This document shows positions 31,853-46,342 of a stretch of DNA of 64,000 bases, piece after piece (position 1 is the first letter of the stretch; every line of letters starts with the position of its first letter). Below the pieces are notes generated by a model that did no database searches, was not told where the DNA came from, and saw only the letters and a list, made by a program, of their open reading frames with translations. Made by a program: the position numbers and the translations under genes. The stretch comes from Nitrospiraceae bacterium (GTDB taxonomy: Bacteria; Nitrospirota; Nitrospiria; Nitrospirales; Nitrospiraceae). The DNA lies in assembly GCA_050246315.1 (NCBI GenBank), contig JBFWWG010000001.1, positions 224,001 through 288,000 of the forward strand, written 5' to 3'.

Positions 31853-34456
31853 CTACCTGGGTCGGGTGATGGCCAGTTTCTGAATTTTTGATTGGAGAGT
31901 GGTCCGCTTCATGCCGAGTCGGGAGGCAGCCCCCGTGGGGCCTCCGATCACCCAGTCGCTTTCCTGAAGGGCCTTGAGGATATGTTCCCGTTCAGTCTGC
32001 TCCAAGGTGGCGTTCAAGGAGTGTGTGGAGTTCGTCGCCGCGCCCGGCGCCATTTTCAGCTCGGACATGGGTACAAACAGATCGGTCCCGGCCGTCAGGA
32101 TCACGGCCCGCTCGATAAAGTTTTCCAGCTCCCGAATGTTGCCCGGCCACGAATAGCTCTGCAGAGCCTTCATCGCCTGAGACGGAATCGTCTCGATGCG
32201 TTTCTTCATTCGCCCGGCGAACTTTTGGACGAAGTGGCGGATCAGCATGGGAATATCCTCGGGACGTTCCCGTAGCGGCGGCACCAGGATTGGAAACACT
32301 TTGAGCCGATAGTACAGGTCGCTCCGGAACCGTTGCTCATCCACGAGTTGCGCGAGGTCGCGATTCGTCGCGGCGATGACACGGACGTTTACGCGCATGG
32401 TGCGGGTGCCGCCTAATCGTTCGAACTCCTGTTCCTGTAGCACGCGCAGCAGCTTGACTTGCAGCTCCAGCGGAATTTCCCCCACCTCGTCGAGGAAAAT
32501 GGTCCCGCGATCCGCCAGCTCGAAGCGGCCGACCTTGGTGGCGATGGCGCCGGTAAAGGCTCCCTTTTCGTGACCAAACAGCTCGCTTTCCAGAAGGCCG
32601 GTCGGAATCGCCGCGCAATTGAGCTTGACGAAGGTCCGGTCCCGACGCTCACTGAGATTGTGCAATGCGCGGGCGATCAGCTCCTTACCGCTGCCGGTTT
32701 CTCCGAGAATCAACACGGTCGAATCGGTCCGGGCGACGGTCTCGACGTCCTTCAGGACACGCCGGAGAGGTGGACTCTCGCCGACGATCTCTTCGAAATT
32801 GTAGTCGGTCTGAATTTCCCGTTCGAGATACAACTTTTCCTTGCTGAGTTTCTCCTTGAGTTCGGCGATTTCTTGATAGGCCAATGCATTCTCGACCGCG
32901 ATCGCGATCTGTTGCGCCACCTGGCTGAGCAGCTCGACATCCTCCGCCGTGAAGCCGTCATCCTGTCGGCGGCCGACGTTCAGCGCGCCGAGCGTGCGTT
33001 GATGCGCCAGAAGCGGGAGGGAGCAGAACGATTTGACGCCGCGGTCCAGGAGGTCCTGAGCGCAAGGCGAGGACCTGGCCATTTCTTTCAGATCCTGTTC
33101 CCTGAACAATGCGGCTTTGCCCGTGTTAATGGCGAGACAAGACGGGGACTGCGGCGTCTCCTCAATTCGCCCTTCTTCAACGAAACTTTCATTCCTCTGA
33201 AAATCCAACACGTGAATGCGCCATTGCCCGGTTTCGGGATCAAAGAGGAGGAGGCTGGAACCGTCGTGTTGGATGACTGTTCGCAAGCAGGCGCTGACCG
33301 CGGTGAAGAGATCGTCCAGATTCAAATGCGCCACGACCGCATTGTTGATCTCCAACAGCAATCGCTGGCGGTCGCGCTCCCGAGCCAATTGCCGCTGATA
33401 GGCCAGCGAGGCCTCGGCATTGAGCGCGTTATCGACGGCCACCGCCACCTGCTTCGCCACTTCCTGCATGAAGCGGATCTCCGTGTCTTGATAGACCCGC
33501 CGGTGCAGGCTCCCAAATCCCATGGCCCCGAGCGGGCGTTGCGCGGTCGTGAGGGGCACTGCGCAAAAGGACTGCACTCCGTTCTCGCGCAGCATCGCCA
33601 TCAGTTTCGGGAAGCGATGCTCCCGTGTGATATCGTTGACCGTCAGCGGCTGCTGAGTTTTCCAGACGAGTCCGCCGGGCGACTCCTCCACCGCCGTTTC
33701 CAGGCCTGGGCTGATGGTGGTGGGCTCCGAGGTCACAAGCAGCCAGAGTCGCATCACCTGACGGGACGCATCGTGCAAGACGACGTTGATGTAATCGAAC
33801 GGGACGATCTGGGGAAGGCGCTGCGCCAGATCATGAAACAGCTCGGTCAAGTCTCGGTGCGAGGCAATGGACTCGGAGACCTCCAGCAGCAGCCGCAACC
33901 GATCCCGCTCGTGGCTGAGGTCCTGGTGATGGAGGACATTATCGACGGCCACGGCGACCTGCTTCCCAACGTGTTGGAGAAAGGCCAGATCCGCCTTCCC
34001 GTAGGCTTCCCGCTGCAGGCTCGCATATCCGATCGTGCCGAGCCGCCGCATCGCCGTAGTCAGGGGCACGATGCAAAAGGATCTCGTGCCGTCCGCTTTC
34101 ATCCGATCAAGGACCTTCGGCCAGCGCCCTTCTGCGTCCAGGTCCGGCACAATGAGCGGCTGTTGCGTGCGCCAGACGAGCCCGGCGGGAGTATCGTCCA
34201 CCGCTTCCACGTGGCCGCCGATGAGATCGGCCGGCACATTCGCTTGGATCGTCTGCAAGCGCATCACATCCTGCACCGGATCATGCAGGGACAGCGCGAC
34301 AAAATTGACCGGCACCACCTGAGGGAGACGCTGAGCGAGATCACGAAACAGTTCCGGCAGGTCGCGGTGCGCAGCAATCGCCTCCGTGACTTCGAGCAAG
34401 GCACGGTATTCGTGCGTAAGTTCAGGGCAACGGAGTTCCGTCTGATCCATCAGCAT
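31853..34456 (-). CDS. Sigma-54-dependent activator, FhlA/HyfR-like, three GAF domains
   Basis: Three GAF repeats; [30 protein letters not shown]-terminal HTH. Confidence 0.95.
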   Translation of the reverse strand: MLMDQTELRCPELTHEYRALLEVTEAIAAHRDLPELFRDLAQRLPQVVPVNFVALSLHDPVQDVMRLQTIQANVPADLIGGHVEAVDDTPAGLVWRTQQPLIVPDLDAEGRWPKVLDRMKADGTRSFCIVPLTTAMRRLGTIGYASLQREAYGKADLAFLQHVGKQVAVAVDNVLHHQDLSHERDRLRLLLEVSESIASHRDLTELFHDLAQRLPQIVPFDYINVVLHDASRQVMRLWLLVTSEPTTISPGLETAVEESPGGLVWKTQQPLTVNDITREHRFPKLMAMLRENGVQSFCAVPLTTAQRPLGAMGFGSLHRRVYQDTEIRFMQEVAKQVAVAVDNALNAEASLAYQRQLARERDRQRLLLEINNAVVAHLNLDDLFTAVSACLRTVIQHDGSSLLLFDPETGQWRIHVLDFQRNESFVEEGRIEETPQSPSCLAINTGKAALFREQDLKEMARSSPCAQDLLDRGVKSFCSLPLLAHQRTLGALNVGRRQDDGFTAEDVELLSQVAQQIAIAVENALAYQEIAELKEKLSKEKLYLEREIQTDYNFEEIVGESPPLRRVLKDVETVARTDSTVLILGETGSGKELIARALHNLSERRDRTFVKLNCAAIPTGLLESELFGHEKGAFTGAIATKVGRFELADRGTIFLDEVGEIPLELQVKLLRVLQEQEFERLGGTRTMRVNVRVIAATNRDLAQLVDEQRFRSDLYYRLKVFPILVPPLRERPEDIPMLIRHFVQKFAGRMKKRIETIPSQAMKALQSYSWPGNIRELENFIERAVILTAGTDLFVPMSELKMAPGAATNSTHSLNATLEQTEREHILKALQESDWVIGGPTGAASRLGMKRTTLQSKIQKLAITRPR

Positions 34457-34698
34457 AGTATGGCCTGAGAATGGCGGCGACTACAAGATGGGCAGGGGCC
34501 AGGGCAGGGACATCTGAAAAGACGGAGTATGGGGGACAGGTGATAGATGACGTTACAAGGGGAGCGCAGGCAGTTTCACAGAGAAAGAGCGGGCCTCTAG
34601 CCCAGGAAGCCTGGTCGATCTGTCGTTGTCTCTCATCCAGACTATTGGCTGACATACACGACGAGCGAAGTCTCCCGATCCACTCTCCCCCCCAAACC

Positions 34699-36408
34699 TC
34701 AGGCAAAATCCGAGCGCCAAAGATGAATCGCGCGTCGCGCCAGTTTACGCTGCCGCTCATTTAGTAACTCCAGCGTCCACTGCTCTGGGGCCATTTCTGC
34801 TATACGACGAGACAAGGTGTAGGCGCTTTGTCCGTACGCTGCTAGCTTGCTTGAGTAGGACAAATTTCCCACCTCGCGGTTCAAGGAAGGCTCGAGCATG
34901 GTGAGATTGCCTAGTCTGTATACGGCTGTCTCCCAATGGGATCGAGGGAAATGCTCATTCCAGTCTTCAAGTGGATTCTCTGGAAGAACATGTTCAATAG
35001 TTGCCGGATCGGTATCTGGATCGCATGCGCGGCCAGATATGTCCTGTTCAAGTCGTGCAAGCATGTATTTAGCCAGTTTCTTTCGCTGCCCACCGGTCTC
35101 TAGTGAAAGCATGGCAAAGTCTTGTTCGAACTTGCCATCTTCAACATAAATCGACTTGAGTTGTTCAAATACATGTGCCGGGTTGACAGCGGTTCTATCA
35201 ATTACTGCCTTGGCCGCTCTATGATACACCGGTTCCAGCGCATTCGTGTTAAGACTACTTACAACCGAATAGCGAAACGATATAACACTCACCAGCTTGA
35301 CGAGGCGCGCGAAGTCTGCTCTTGAGAAGTTTTCCCACGCTGCAAATAGAAGTGGCGTCATCTGTCGCACACGGAAAAGGTTTAGCTCGCGAACAAACGG
35401 CCTAGCATCTGACAACTCAGCCCAGTAGCCATGATTAGGGTCGGAAAGAGCGGCAAAGAGCTCGGCTCTCGTCTCCAATGCGTTTAGTAGCCCGAAGACG
35501 TCATGCGGTGTTCTTGCACGTTCTCGCACAATCTTAAAAAGCCTCTCACTTCGTATCTTCGGATGCTCGCAGAGCAAATGATACCGGAGAAATTCTGGGA
35601 AACGCTCTTGCCGTATGGTGGCCACCAGTGAGCGCCAGCGCCGTTGCAAAGTTTGGAGATCCGCTTCAACCTGGATGCGTGAGAACAGATAGTTTTTGAG
35701 CAGGTCAGTGGTGGTGAGTTCGAGGCCTCTCGCATTCAGAGTCTCGAATACGGTGTAGGCGTTTATCTGATCCTCGACCGTGATCAGAATGAACATCAAT
35801 TGTCTGGCAATCGTCTCAGATAACAGTTCAGCAAGAGCCGCTCCATCGGTTTGAAATACTTCTATATCCCCCAAACGTTTCTTGAAATACTCGAAACATT
35901 CCCAGAGGAGGCGGTTAGACCTCGCCAAGCCCCTCGGATTCAATGGAGCCCGGATCTGCACAAGGTAATCCTGATAAAATGGGTTATCAGTCTCATTAAG
36001 AAACAGTTTGCTGCTTTCAACTAAAGAAGCGGGGTCCTTTTCGCCTATGAATCGACTCCGTAAACCAGCGGCTCGTTCGAGATTCGCAGTGGGGTCTGTA
36101 CCGCTCTGGGCAATTTCCTGAAGTTTGGCGATTACCGCCAATGACAATACACTCAAAGTTGCCAGTCTCTGTTGGCCATCTATGATTAGGAACTCACGAT
36201 CACTCTTGCCTTCCACAACTAGAGCGCCCATGTAATGACGCTCGTCATCCCGGTTACGCAAATCCAGGATGTCATTCCAAAGGTCCTCCCAATGCTCCTC
36301 TTCCCATGAGTAATCACGCTGGTATGGAGGGACGCGGTAGATGCGGCCATTCCCGAGTAGTTCGAGCAGGTTGGCTGTCCGAGTATTGAGCAAACTTGTC
36401 CTGGCCAC
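34699..36408 (-). CDS. DUF262-DUF1524 (GmrSD-like type IV restriction) endonuclease
   Basis: PYQRDYSW, IIDGQQRL, VFETLNARG; HNH-like IEHVLP...GNLT...N; lower GC; GTG start inferred. Confidence 0.88.
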   Translation of the reverse strand: MARTSLLNTRTANLLELLGNGRIYRVPPYQRDYSWEEEHWEDLWNDILDLRNRDDERHYMGALVVEGKSDREFLIIDGQQRLATLSVLSLAVIAKLQEIAQSGTDPTANLERAAGLRSRFIGEKDPASLVESSKLFLNETDNPFYQDYLVQIRAPLNPRGLARSNRLLWECFEYFKKRLGDIEVFQTDGAALAELLSETIARQLMFILITVEDQINAYTVFETLNARGLELTTTDLLKNYLFSRIQVEADLQTLQRRWRSLVATIRQERFPEFLRYHLLCEHPKIRSERLFKIVRERARTPHDVFGLLNALETRAELFAALSDPNHGYWAELSDARPFVRELNLFRVRQMTPLLFAAWENFSRADFARLVKLVSVISFRYSVVSSLNTNALEPVYHRAAKAVIDRTAVNPAHVFEQLKSIYVEDGKFEQDFAMLSLETGGQRKKLAKYMLARLEQDISGRACDPDTDPATIEHVLPENPLEDWNEHFPRSHWETAVYRLGNLTMLEPSLNREVGNLSYSSKLAAYGQSAYTLSRRIAEMAPEQWTLELLNERQRKLARRAIHLWRSDFA

Positions 36409-36679
36409 TTGGATGCCCTTTCCCCTCAAGGTTACGGTCTTGCGAAGCAGGTCGGCTGAATATTCGAGCACATTCTTGAATGGCAAGACCCTTTACGTCA
36501 AACGTATCCTCTCGGTTGCCGAGGGATCACTTTCCTCACGCGCTTAGTTGGGGACAGCGAATGGAAGCACGTCGTAGGTGTGTCCAGGACCCTGGAAGTC
36601 TCTCCTCATGTAGGTGATGACCGTGCACTGATTTTGAGAGACCTTACGACAGAATCAGAAAGCCATCCATCATCACCCA

Positions 36680-37030
36680 TCAACTGAGCTGCACCGATCC
36701 TTCCTTCTTGTTCCAGGCGTCGATCTCGTCCGAAGGCCGTTTCTTGGCATGCTGGCCGATCCAGGCTGCCACCTCGTCATCGGTTGCGCCCGTCGCCACA
36801 AATGACTTGAACTCCTTGTAGTCGATCTCTGCGAACCTCAGCCATCGCTGGTCGAGTGGGCAATTGGAGAGATATTCGCCCTGCCAACCCACGAGAGTGG
36901 CCCGGCACTTGTCCAAGGCGCGCGCCGCCAGGGCATAGCCTGCCAGCTTCTCGCGCGGGCTTCGAGGGGCCTCCTTATCGTCCCGAAGATCGCGCGCCTG
37001 CTTCTTCACTTTATCGAGGTCTTCTTTCAT
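36680..37030 (-). CDS. DUF5069-like protein
   Basis: APRSPRE.L.GY...AR.LDK.RA, CPLD. Confidence 0.75.
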   Translation of the reverse strand: MKEDLDKVKKQARDLRDDKEAPRSPREKLAGYALAARALDKCRATLVGWQGEYLSNCPLDQRWLRFAEIDYKEFKSFVATGATDDEVAAWIGQHAKKRPSDEIDAWNKKEGSVQLS

Positions 37031-37093
37031 GGCGGCTCCTTGTTCATCCTCTCCACAAGACAGCGCGGCACGAGATGATAATGACGCTGGCGC

Positions 37094-37783
37094 TCACCCG
37101 GCGCGCGCTGCGGTGAGCACCATCTCTCGATCGACCTTCAGCAGTTCGCCGATGCGCTCGATCGTCAGGTCGGCGGGAGGGCACGCGCGCAAGGTCTCCG
37201 GATCTTTCGCATAGTGCCCCTGCCGCGGGAACACGGTCGTCACCCGGGAGCCCCACCGTTGTTTCACCGCTGTCAGAATCCGCAGTTTATCGTCCACTAA
37301 GACATAGTGGTCGGCGGGATAGCGCCGTTCCACGTCGTCCAGCTCATGCTCCTTGTGAATATAGATGAGCACGTGGCCTTCGACCGCTTCGAAGATCCCG
37401 GATCGTTCGATCTTGCGGGGCTGGAACACCACGTCACCATCAGACAAGATAGCGGCCGTACCCCAGACCTTCACGTGTTGCACGACCTCCAGAGCATGTG
37501 GAAACAGCCGGTCGGCGAAGGGATAGTTTACGAGAAAGCGGGAGACCGTCAGTAGATGCGGATCGCGCGGGTGTTCCAGGCGATAACGTTGCAACGCGCC
37601 CAGGTAGTCCGCATAGCCCAACTCGTGACGCAATTGCTCGAAAATCGTCCAATAGAGAGCTTCCCGTTGTGGGCCGACCTCTTGCAACAGGTGTTGTTTG
37701 AGGTCGGCCGTAACGCGGTCGTTGTCCAGCAACGTATTATCGACGTCGAAGAGCACGACCATTCTTGGCGTCTTCATAGCCAC
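37094..37783 (-). CDS. HAD-superfamily hydrolase (start uncertain)
   Basis: FDVDNTL, LSDGD, VDDK. Confidence 0.85.
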   Translation of the reverse strand: MAMKTPRMVVLFDVDNTLLDNDRVTADLKQHLLQEVGPQREALYWTIFEQLRHELGYADYLGALQRYRLEHPRDPHLLTVSRFLVNYPFADRLFPHALEVVQHVKVWGTAAILSDGDVVFQPRKIERSGIFEAVEGHVLIYIHKEHELDDVERRYPADHYVLVDDKLRILTAVKQRWGSRVTTVFPRQGHYAKDPETLRACPPADLTIERIGELLKVDREMVLTAARAG

Positions 37784-37824
37784 GCCTGTCAACTCCTGCC
37801 GCTCCGTTCCTGATTCTGAATCTC

Positions 37825-37928
37825 TATCCCGTGTTATTCATGAACGCTTCTTCTACAACCTCCGTGCGACCCATTGCCACCAAGAGCAACGAGTGGCATG
37901 CGACGTACCGTCATGAACATGCGGGCCG
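37825..37928. mobile_element. Degenerate MITE (family A)
   Basis: TATCCCGTGTTATTCATGAACGCTTC...GTCATGAACATGCGGGC. Confidence 0.55.
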
Positions 37929-37979
37929 GTACGGAGGCACAGGGCTTCCGGCATGGTCGCGCTCGGTCACGATACGGAC

Positions 37980-38591
37980 TCATGCGCTCGGTTCATCTGT
38001 CCGACCCCGACCCCGTCTTCTCAAGACGACCAGCCCCACGGCGAGCATGAGTCCCAGGGCCAGGCCGAAGAACATGAGCGAACGGTGCAGGGTCGGCGAG
38101 AGACGATTCCATTCCTCGCCGAACCAATACCCAACCATGATGAAGACGCTGGACCAGAGCAGCGCGCCTGCATACGCAAACAGCGCAAAGGCCGTGATCG
38201 GCATCTTCGCGGCCCCGCTCATCAGCGCGGCAACATGCCTCACTCCCGGCACGAAATACGCGATCAACAGCGTATACTTCCCCCATCGCTGAATCCATTG
38301 CTGCGTCCTGGCGAGATGTTCCGGATTTACGTGAAACCGACCGCTGAGTGTCGTAACCACCGCGGGTCCCGCGAGGTACCCCAGCGCGTAGCTGATGCTA
38401 ATGCCACAGGCGCTGCCGAGAAACGCGGATGCCACAGCAGGCGCCAGCTTGAGATCTCCGCGAAAGCTCAGATACCCGACGAACGTCAGCAGCGTTTCAT
38501 CCGGCACGGGCAGTCCCACGATTCCCAATACCAGCAACCCAAAGATGGCTGCGTAGCCATAGGATGCAATCCAGGTGAACGCCGGTTCCAT
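37980..38591 (-). CDS. DedA-family membrane protein
   Basis: GLPVPDETLL, F.PGVRH. Confidence 0.9.
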   Translation of the reverse strand: MEPAFTWIASYGYAAIFGLLVLGIVGLPVPDETLLTFVGYLSFRGDLKLAPAVASAFLGSACGISISYALGYLAGPAVVTTLSGRFHVNPEHLARTQQWIQRWGKYTLLIAYFVPGVRHVAALMSGAAKMPITAFALFAYAGALLWSSVFIMVGYWFGEEWNRLSPTLHRSLMFFGLALGLMLAVGLVVLRRRGRGRTDEPSA

Positions 38592-38801
38592 AGTAAGAGA
38601 GCACCGGTGGGAATTCGGATAGACCGCTAACCTTCTCACCGTTAGGGTCCGTGATTCAAGAGCTGTGGCGCGAGGGGCCGTGAGAGGATCGGTCGTGACG
38701 TGACCGCATCAGCCTGGGCTTGATGGCCATCAGGATCGAAGAGCAGCCGTTCGTTCCGATTTGACAGCCGAGACCATCAGAACGTGACACCAGCAAGGAC
38801 G

Positions 38802-38855
38802 TGGCAGCGGCGTATCGACAGTTGCGGTAGAAACGGTCATGAAAAATGCGGGCTA
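38802..38855. mobile_element. Right end of a family A MITE
   Basis: GTTGCGGTAGAAACGGTCATGAAAAATGCGGGCTA. Confidence 0.55.
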
Positions 38856-38932
38856 GAGTACAAACTGATCGTTCGTCAGCCGTGCATTCCGACGGCAGGC
38901 CGGTACAACCAGTCTGTACTCCCCCGCACAGC

Positions 38933-39688
38933 TCAGCGGGTCGTATACCCTCCGTTGGCAAAGATGGTCTGTCCGGTAATCCACCATCCCTCGGTGACCA
39001 GGAATCTAACGATCGGCACGATGTCCTGAATGTCCGTCAATTTTCCGTTCATACTCTGCGATTTATGGTAGGCCACGGCTTCAGGCGATTCGGCAGGATA
39101 GAAAAACGGCGTGTCCATCGGACCAGGCGCCACATTGGTCACCGAAATTCCGCGCGAGCCGAATTCCTTGGCTGCCGCTCGGGTGAAGTGCTCAACCGAA
39201 GCCTTGCTGCCTGCATAGGTGGCGTAGAGTCCGGTGAACGCCGCCAGGAGCGACGTGAGAATGGTCACGATCTTGCCGCCCTCGTTCATGCGCTTGCCGG
39301 CCTCCTGCATGAAGAAATACGCCGCCTTGGCATTGATGGCGAACATGTCGTCGTATTCCTTCTCGCTCGTCTCGACAAACGGTTTCTTGAGCACCTTGCC
39401 GACCGTATTGACGGCAATATCGAGTCGGCCGTACCGCTTGATCGTCTCGTCGAACAGCTTGACCACGTTGTCGACTTTCGTGAGGTCGCCTTGCACCGCA
39501 AAGCCTTTGCCCCCCGCCGCCTCGACCGCCCGCACGGTGTCTTCCGCTGCCGTTTTTGACGCCGCACTGTGGTAGTGCACGACCACCCAGGCGCCATCCG
39601 CACCGAAGGTTCGGCTGAGGAGTCCTCCCAGATTCTTGGCGCCCGCCCCAACCACGACGACTTTTCCTGTGAGCTTCCGATCGGCCAT
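38933..39688 (-). CDS. SDR-family oxidoreductase
   Basis: GAGAKNLG, YAGSK, PGPMDTPFF. Confidence 0.92.
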   Translation of the reverse strand: MADRKLTGKVVVVGAGAKNLGGLLSRTFGADGAWVVVHYHSAASKTAAEDTVRAVEAAGGKGFAVQGDLTKVDNVVKLFDETIKRYGRLDIAVNTVGKVLKKPFVETSEKEYDDMFAINAKAAYFFMQEAGKRMNEGGKIVTILTSLLAAFTGLYATYAGSKASVEHFTRAAAKEFGSRGISVTNVAPGPMDTPFFYPAESPEAVAYHKSQSMNGKLTDIQDIVPIVRFLVTEGWWITGQTIFANGGYTTR

Positions 39689-39832
39689 ATCTTCCTCCCT
39701 TCAATAAACCCTACAGGACGAACAACCTGCGCTCCATCCAGCGCAACCGATCCACACCATAAGCGGCGGGAAGAGCTGCGATCTTGAACGAAATGACTCG
39801 GGTTGGAAGGTTCGAATGGTTTAGGTGAAAGC

Positions 39833-40741
39833 TCAGATACTGCGTACTTGGCGAGGGGTGAGACCCGTGTGACGCCGCATGAGCCTGGTCATGTGGCTCT
39901 GGTCGGCGAACCCGGTCTGCGCGGCGATGTCGGCGATGGGCAACTTGGTCTGGGTCAGCAGGGTTTTGGCTTTCTCGATCCGCTTCTCGATCAAGAACTG
40001 ATGAGGCGCCCGGCCGGTCGAGCGCTTGAACAGCGTCAGGAAATACGACGGGCTCATCTCTGCCGTATCCGCGAGATGTCTCAGGGCAAGATCATCGCTC
40101 AAATGACTCTCGATAAACTCGACGACCCGCGCGAGCTTGCGCTGAGGCAGCCCCTGTCCGGCCGCGCGAGATCGAAGACGTGTTCCCGAATACTTCTTGA
40201 GCAGGTGCACAATCAAGGTGTGCGTCAACGAATCGGCATAGACCCGATCGGGAGGCGACGCCTGCTCGAATTCCGCAATTAAGGTTCGCACCAACTGTTC
40301 GAGCAAGGCATCGCGGAAGTGGAAGCGCGGGATCAACTCCACCGGCCCGCCCGCGCCCATGTCCTCCGCGATCCGGTTGACGAATCCCGGCTCGATCGCC
40401 ATCAAGAGCAACTCGACCGTCGCACTCCACCGTGGGGCCACAAACAGCCCGGCCGGGTTGATGATGGCTTCTCCACCTGAGAAGAAGGCCTCGTGGCGTT
40501 GCCCGTTCATCCGCCATTCCAAGACAGCAGGATGATCGACATGCAGCACGACCACGTGTTTCGGCGCCTGTCCCGTTGGGCGATAGATGCCGGAATGCGG
40601 CTGTTCTACATTCCGTTCGACGATGACGCCGTCCAGTCTCATCCCACTGCCCGAAAGGTGCTTGAGATGAGGCTTGATCAGCGAACGGCCACGGTCCGCC
40701 GTTATGGACGGGTCGCGGGTGTCTAGCCTGGGAGATGGCAC
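39833..40741 (-). CDS. AraC-family transcriptional regulator
   Basis: Double HTH; IA.QTGFADQSH.TR. Confidence 0.9.
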   Translation of the reverse strand: MPSPRLDTRDPSITADRGRSLIKPHLKHLSGSGMRLDGVIVERNVEQPHSGIYRPTGQAPKHVVVLHVDHPAVLEWRMNGQRHEAFFSGGEAIINPAGLFVAPRWSATVELLLMAIEPGFVNRIAEDMGAGGPVELIPRFHFRDALLEQLVRTLIAEFEQASPPDRVYADSLTHTLIVHLLKKYSGTRLRSRAAGQGLPQRKLARVVEFIESHLSDDLALRHLADTAEMSPSYFLTLFKRSTGRAPHQFLIEKRIEKAKTLLTQTKLPIADIAAQTGFADQSHMTRLMRRHTGLTPRQVRSI

Positions 40742-40779
40742 GGATGGCTCGCTCCAATTGGGTTCCGCTTAGTCGCTCT

Positions 40780-40994
40780 TAGCCCGCATTATTCACGATG
40801 ACTTCTACTGCAACCGCCGATATGCCGCTGCGACAAGGTTAGCTGCTCCTGAAGGGCAGTCAACCGGGCGGGCTCGCCGCTTACCCCCTCGACATACTGT
40901 TGCAAGTATGCCTCGGGGCCTCGCGACGCCGCACGCCCGTCTCGCGTGGCATCTCCACGGTTTCGTCGCGAACTCCCGTGAATAATGCGGATTA
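40780..40994. mobile_element. MITE-like element (family A)
   Basis: TAGCCCGCATTATTCACGA...CGTGAATAATGCGGATTA. Confidence 0.75.
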
Positions 40995-41079
40995 GAAGGA
41001 CACCGGCCGATCGGTCAAGAATTATATATTTGTCGGAGGGAGCAAAAGCAACCGGTGGACGAGGTTCCACAGCCACCGA

Positions 41080-42501
<1,422 letters not shown>

Positions 42502-42640
42502 TCAGTAAAGACGGAAAGGGGGAGCGGCGCGCGGCACCGCAACCATTCCGTCAGAATATCATTCCGACCCTTTACTTGATTCCTTTACTTGATTCCTGAG
42601 AACTATCGCGGTGCTTCAAGCGCGGCTCGCAGCCACCTGG

Positions 42641-42991
42641 TCAACGCGTCATTTTACCTGCCGCCACTTGCCTGGCGATTCCTTCCAACCGAGTCGGGCC
42701 GGACAAACGGTTCACGCCGTTGACATGCCGAGAGACCAGCGCGGCCAATACTGCTGTGCGTTTGTTGTCATCCATGAAGGGGTGGTCCTGCGCGAGGTGG
42801 AAGAGATAGGCGGCCGCCATGGCCGGCAGATCGGTGTGGAGATACTCGTCGCTGAACTGCTGATGCGACATGGCAACGGCGGCATCAAGCAACCCATGAC
42901 CGCGCACGCCGGGCGAATCGCCGTCGAGTTCGATGGTATCCGAGTGGAGCAGTTGGACATCGTCCAAGCCCAAGAACAGAATATCCTCCAC
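42641..42991 (-). pseudogene. Degenerate Fic/Doc toxin with a 3' remnant of its antitoxin at about 42996-43030
   Basis: HPFMDDNKRT versus Fic consensus HPFxDGNKR; upstream remnant ...GPMLKRLAD*. Confidence 0.7.
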
Positions 42992-43137
42992 CAGGCTAAT
43001 CCGCGAGCCGCTTCAACATCGGCCCATCGCGCTTCCTCGCCATGATCCGGCCCTACGCCATAGATCGAACAGAGGTCGTTCAAATCAAGTAAGGAGGGAG
43101 GAAACCGGACCGCGACACGTCGCGCCAGAATGGCCAA

Positions 43138-43692
43138 TCAGGACCGGGGAGTTGTCCTGCGTTGCTCCAGAACGACCTCGTGAACTGGACCTGTCCTTCT
43201 GTTCCTCCAATACGGGCGTGACAGGTACCACGCATAGAGGAGCGACAGAAGCACGAAGTTGGGTATGAGGATGGTCGGCGTCATCCATGGCCAGCCGTTG
43301 AACTTCCAATCGATGAAAGGCCACAGGACAGGCGTCGGGAAGAATGCGTGCGAATGCGTGGGCACGTCGACCAACACATGCAGGCCCCAGGCGGCGAGTT
43401 CCCACAGCGGCCGTTTCAGGATGAACCAGACGACGAGAAACACCGCGAGGAACACGATGACACTATGTGTGACATCGTACAGGTGATGCACATAGAGCGG
43501 GATGGAAGATTCGAGGGGAGTGCCCTGACTGAAATCGGGTTTGTCTTCAAGGCCGATCATGGCCGCCATCCAGAGAATTCCGAACGACAGGAGATCCGGC
43601 GCCAGGCCGATCACGAACGCAAGCCAAAAACTCGATCGACTTTTTCGCCCAAACGCAATCGCACCCCAGAGCCCGTGTGAGACAATATCCAT
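43138..43692 (-). CDS. Membrane-bound metal-dependent hydrolase-like protein (YdjM-like)
   Basis: SHGLWG, PD, THS, LHVLVD..TH, TP.LWP. Confidence 0.7.
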   Translation of the reverse strand: MDIVSHGLWGAIAFGRKSRSSFWLAFVIGLAPDLLSFGILWMAAMIGLEDKPDFSQGTPLESSIPLYVHHLYDVTHSVIVFLAVFLVVWFILKRPLWELAAWGLHVLVDVPTHSHAFFPTPVLWPFIDWKFNGWPWMTPTILIPNFVLLSLLYAWYLSRPYWRNRRTGPVHEVVLEQRRTTPRS

Positions 43693-43816
43693 CAGTTCTT
43701 CAGTCGAATGATGATGGCACGAATAAATGCTCGGGCTCGTCCCGAGCCACGAGATAGGTTCGGGGCTCCGAGGCCCCTGCGGTGGAGGCAGTCAGTTGGG
43801 GGCGAGGTGACGTGCG

Positions 43817-44290
43817 TTACGCAAACCGCAATTGCGCCAATGAGGCGGGCGCATTCCCTCCACTGATGTCCGGAATGATGCTCAATTCGAGCACCGTGAC
43901 CGCCGGAAGTTCGACATGATGATCTTCCGTCTCGTTCGTTGCGCCCCGTGGACTGAAGTTCCACTGCTGCCGCACGATTTCCTTAAAGGACTTCCCATGA
44001 TCCGGCGACCAACGCAAGGCATACTCTTGCGTACGCTCGGCTTCGGGCTCCACGAAATTCATCCAGATCCGCCGTAGTCGTTGCGGGTGGGTGAAAAGAA
44101 GCCGGATCGTCTGTTTTCCTGGCCCTGCAGCACGCCACCCCGAATCCCGACCGGGCAGCAACGCGGACTCAATGGGATGAGCGACGTCCTCTGAGGTGAT
44201 TTCCACCTCTGCGAGCCCCTCCACATTCAACCACTCCTGTTCAGACGATCTCATTGCTTTCTCGATTTGAGCTATGATTCGCTTACGCAT
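43817..44290 (-). CDS. Galactose-binding-domain-like / carbohydrate-binding-like protein
   Basis: TSED..HPIE.AL, GWRAA.PG.Q.IRL.F, VRQQWNFSP. Confidence 0.7.
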   Translation of the reverse strand: MRKRIIAQIEKAMRSSEQEWLNVEGLAEVEITSEDVAHPIESALLPGRDSGWRAAGPGKQTIRLLFTHPQRLRRIWMNFVEPEAERTQEYALRWSPDHGKSFKEIVRQQWNFSPRGATNETEDHHVELPAVTVLELSIIPDISGGNAPASLAQLRFA

Positions 44291-44688
44291 CGGTGCCTCC
44301 TGATTTCACGCCGGAGACATTTCTCGCTCCTGACCTGTCAGCCTCCTCCGCCCAGTCTACTGCAAAGCCGAAGCCGTATCCATCACTCACCCAGAGGTAC
44401 AGGAGGCTTCGAATCAGAGCGTGGTTTTTCTGGATCGTGCTCGCGCGCGAGATGCAGTGGATTGTCCCAGGAGGGAAGAAACAAACATGGCGATCGCCGT
44501 GAAATAGATCCGTATTCCGATGTGATGCATGAATACGCTCCTTCGTGTCTTGAGTGAAGCCGGTCCGGATTAACCGGGTATTCGGCCAATTTAGAAAGAG
44601 CTCACCAGCCGCATGTGTAGACCCGCCATGCCGCACGATTCCATCACGAAACGCCTCCGGAATCTTGTCCGGTTCGAGGAAAGCGCCT

Positions 44689-45936
<1,248 letters not shown>

Positions 45937-46114
45937 CTAGAGAATGTGCGTTGCCCAACCGCGTTCTGATGAAACGGCATGTCCAACTGGTGATCTGAAC
46001 ATTCACATACGACATCATGGCACCTCTTCGAAGAGATGCGTCCGGGAAGCGGACGCCAAAAATGATAGCGGCTGAGTCATACCACCCAGCGACGCAGGTT
46101 CAATCATCTGTAGG

Positions 46115-46249
46115 GGCAAGTCTCCTGCACTGTCGGAGGCGCATCCATCACCGATGAGAAAACCTGGAGGGTTGTCTGAGGGAAGCTACAGGGGCGTGGC
46201 GCCTCCGGACCAATGAGGGATCACGAATGGCGAAGCAGGCTGGACCGCC
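46115..46249 (+). repeat. About 135-bp dispersed repeat, copy 1
   Basis: Aligns with 48712-48846 (TGGAGGGTTGTCTGAGGG, TCCGGACCAATGAG, GAATGGCGAAGCAGGCTGGACCGCC). Confidence 0.8.
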
Positions 46250-46342
46250 ACACGCTGCTCCATGTGTGATTGCAAGACCTGACTCTGCTTCATTATGATG
46301 CCGCTCGACAGGCTCGATCGTCACGTGTCAATAGGATGTAAG

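Noticed and set aside
32459..34468. 669-aa plus-strand ORF
   Set aside because: Antisense shadow of the FhlA-like gene; no motifs
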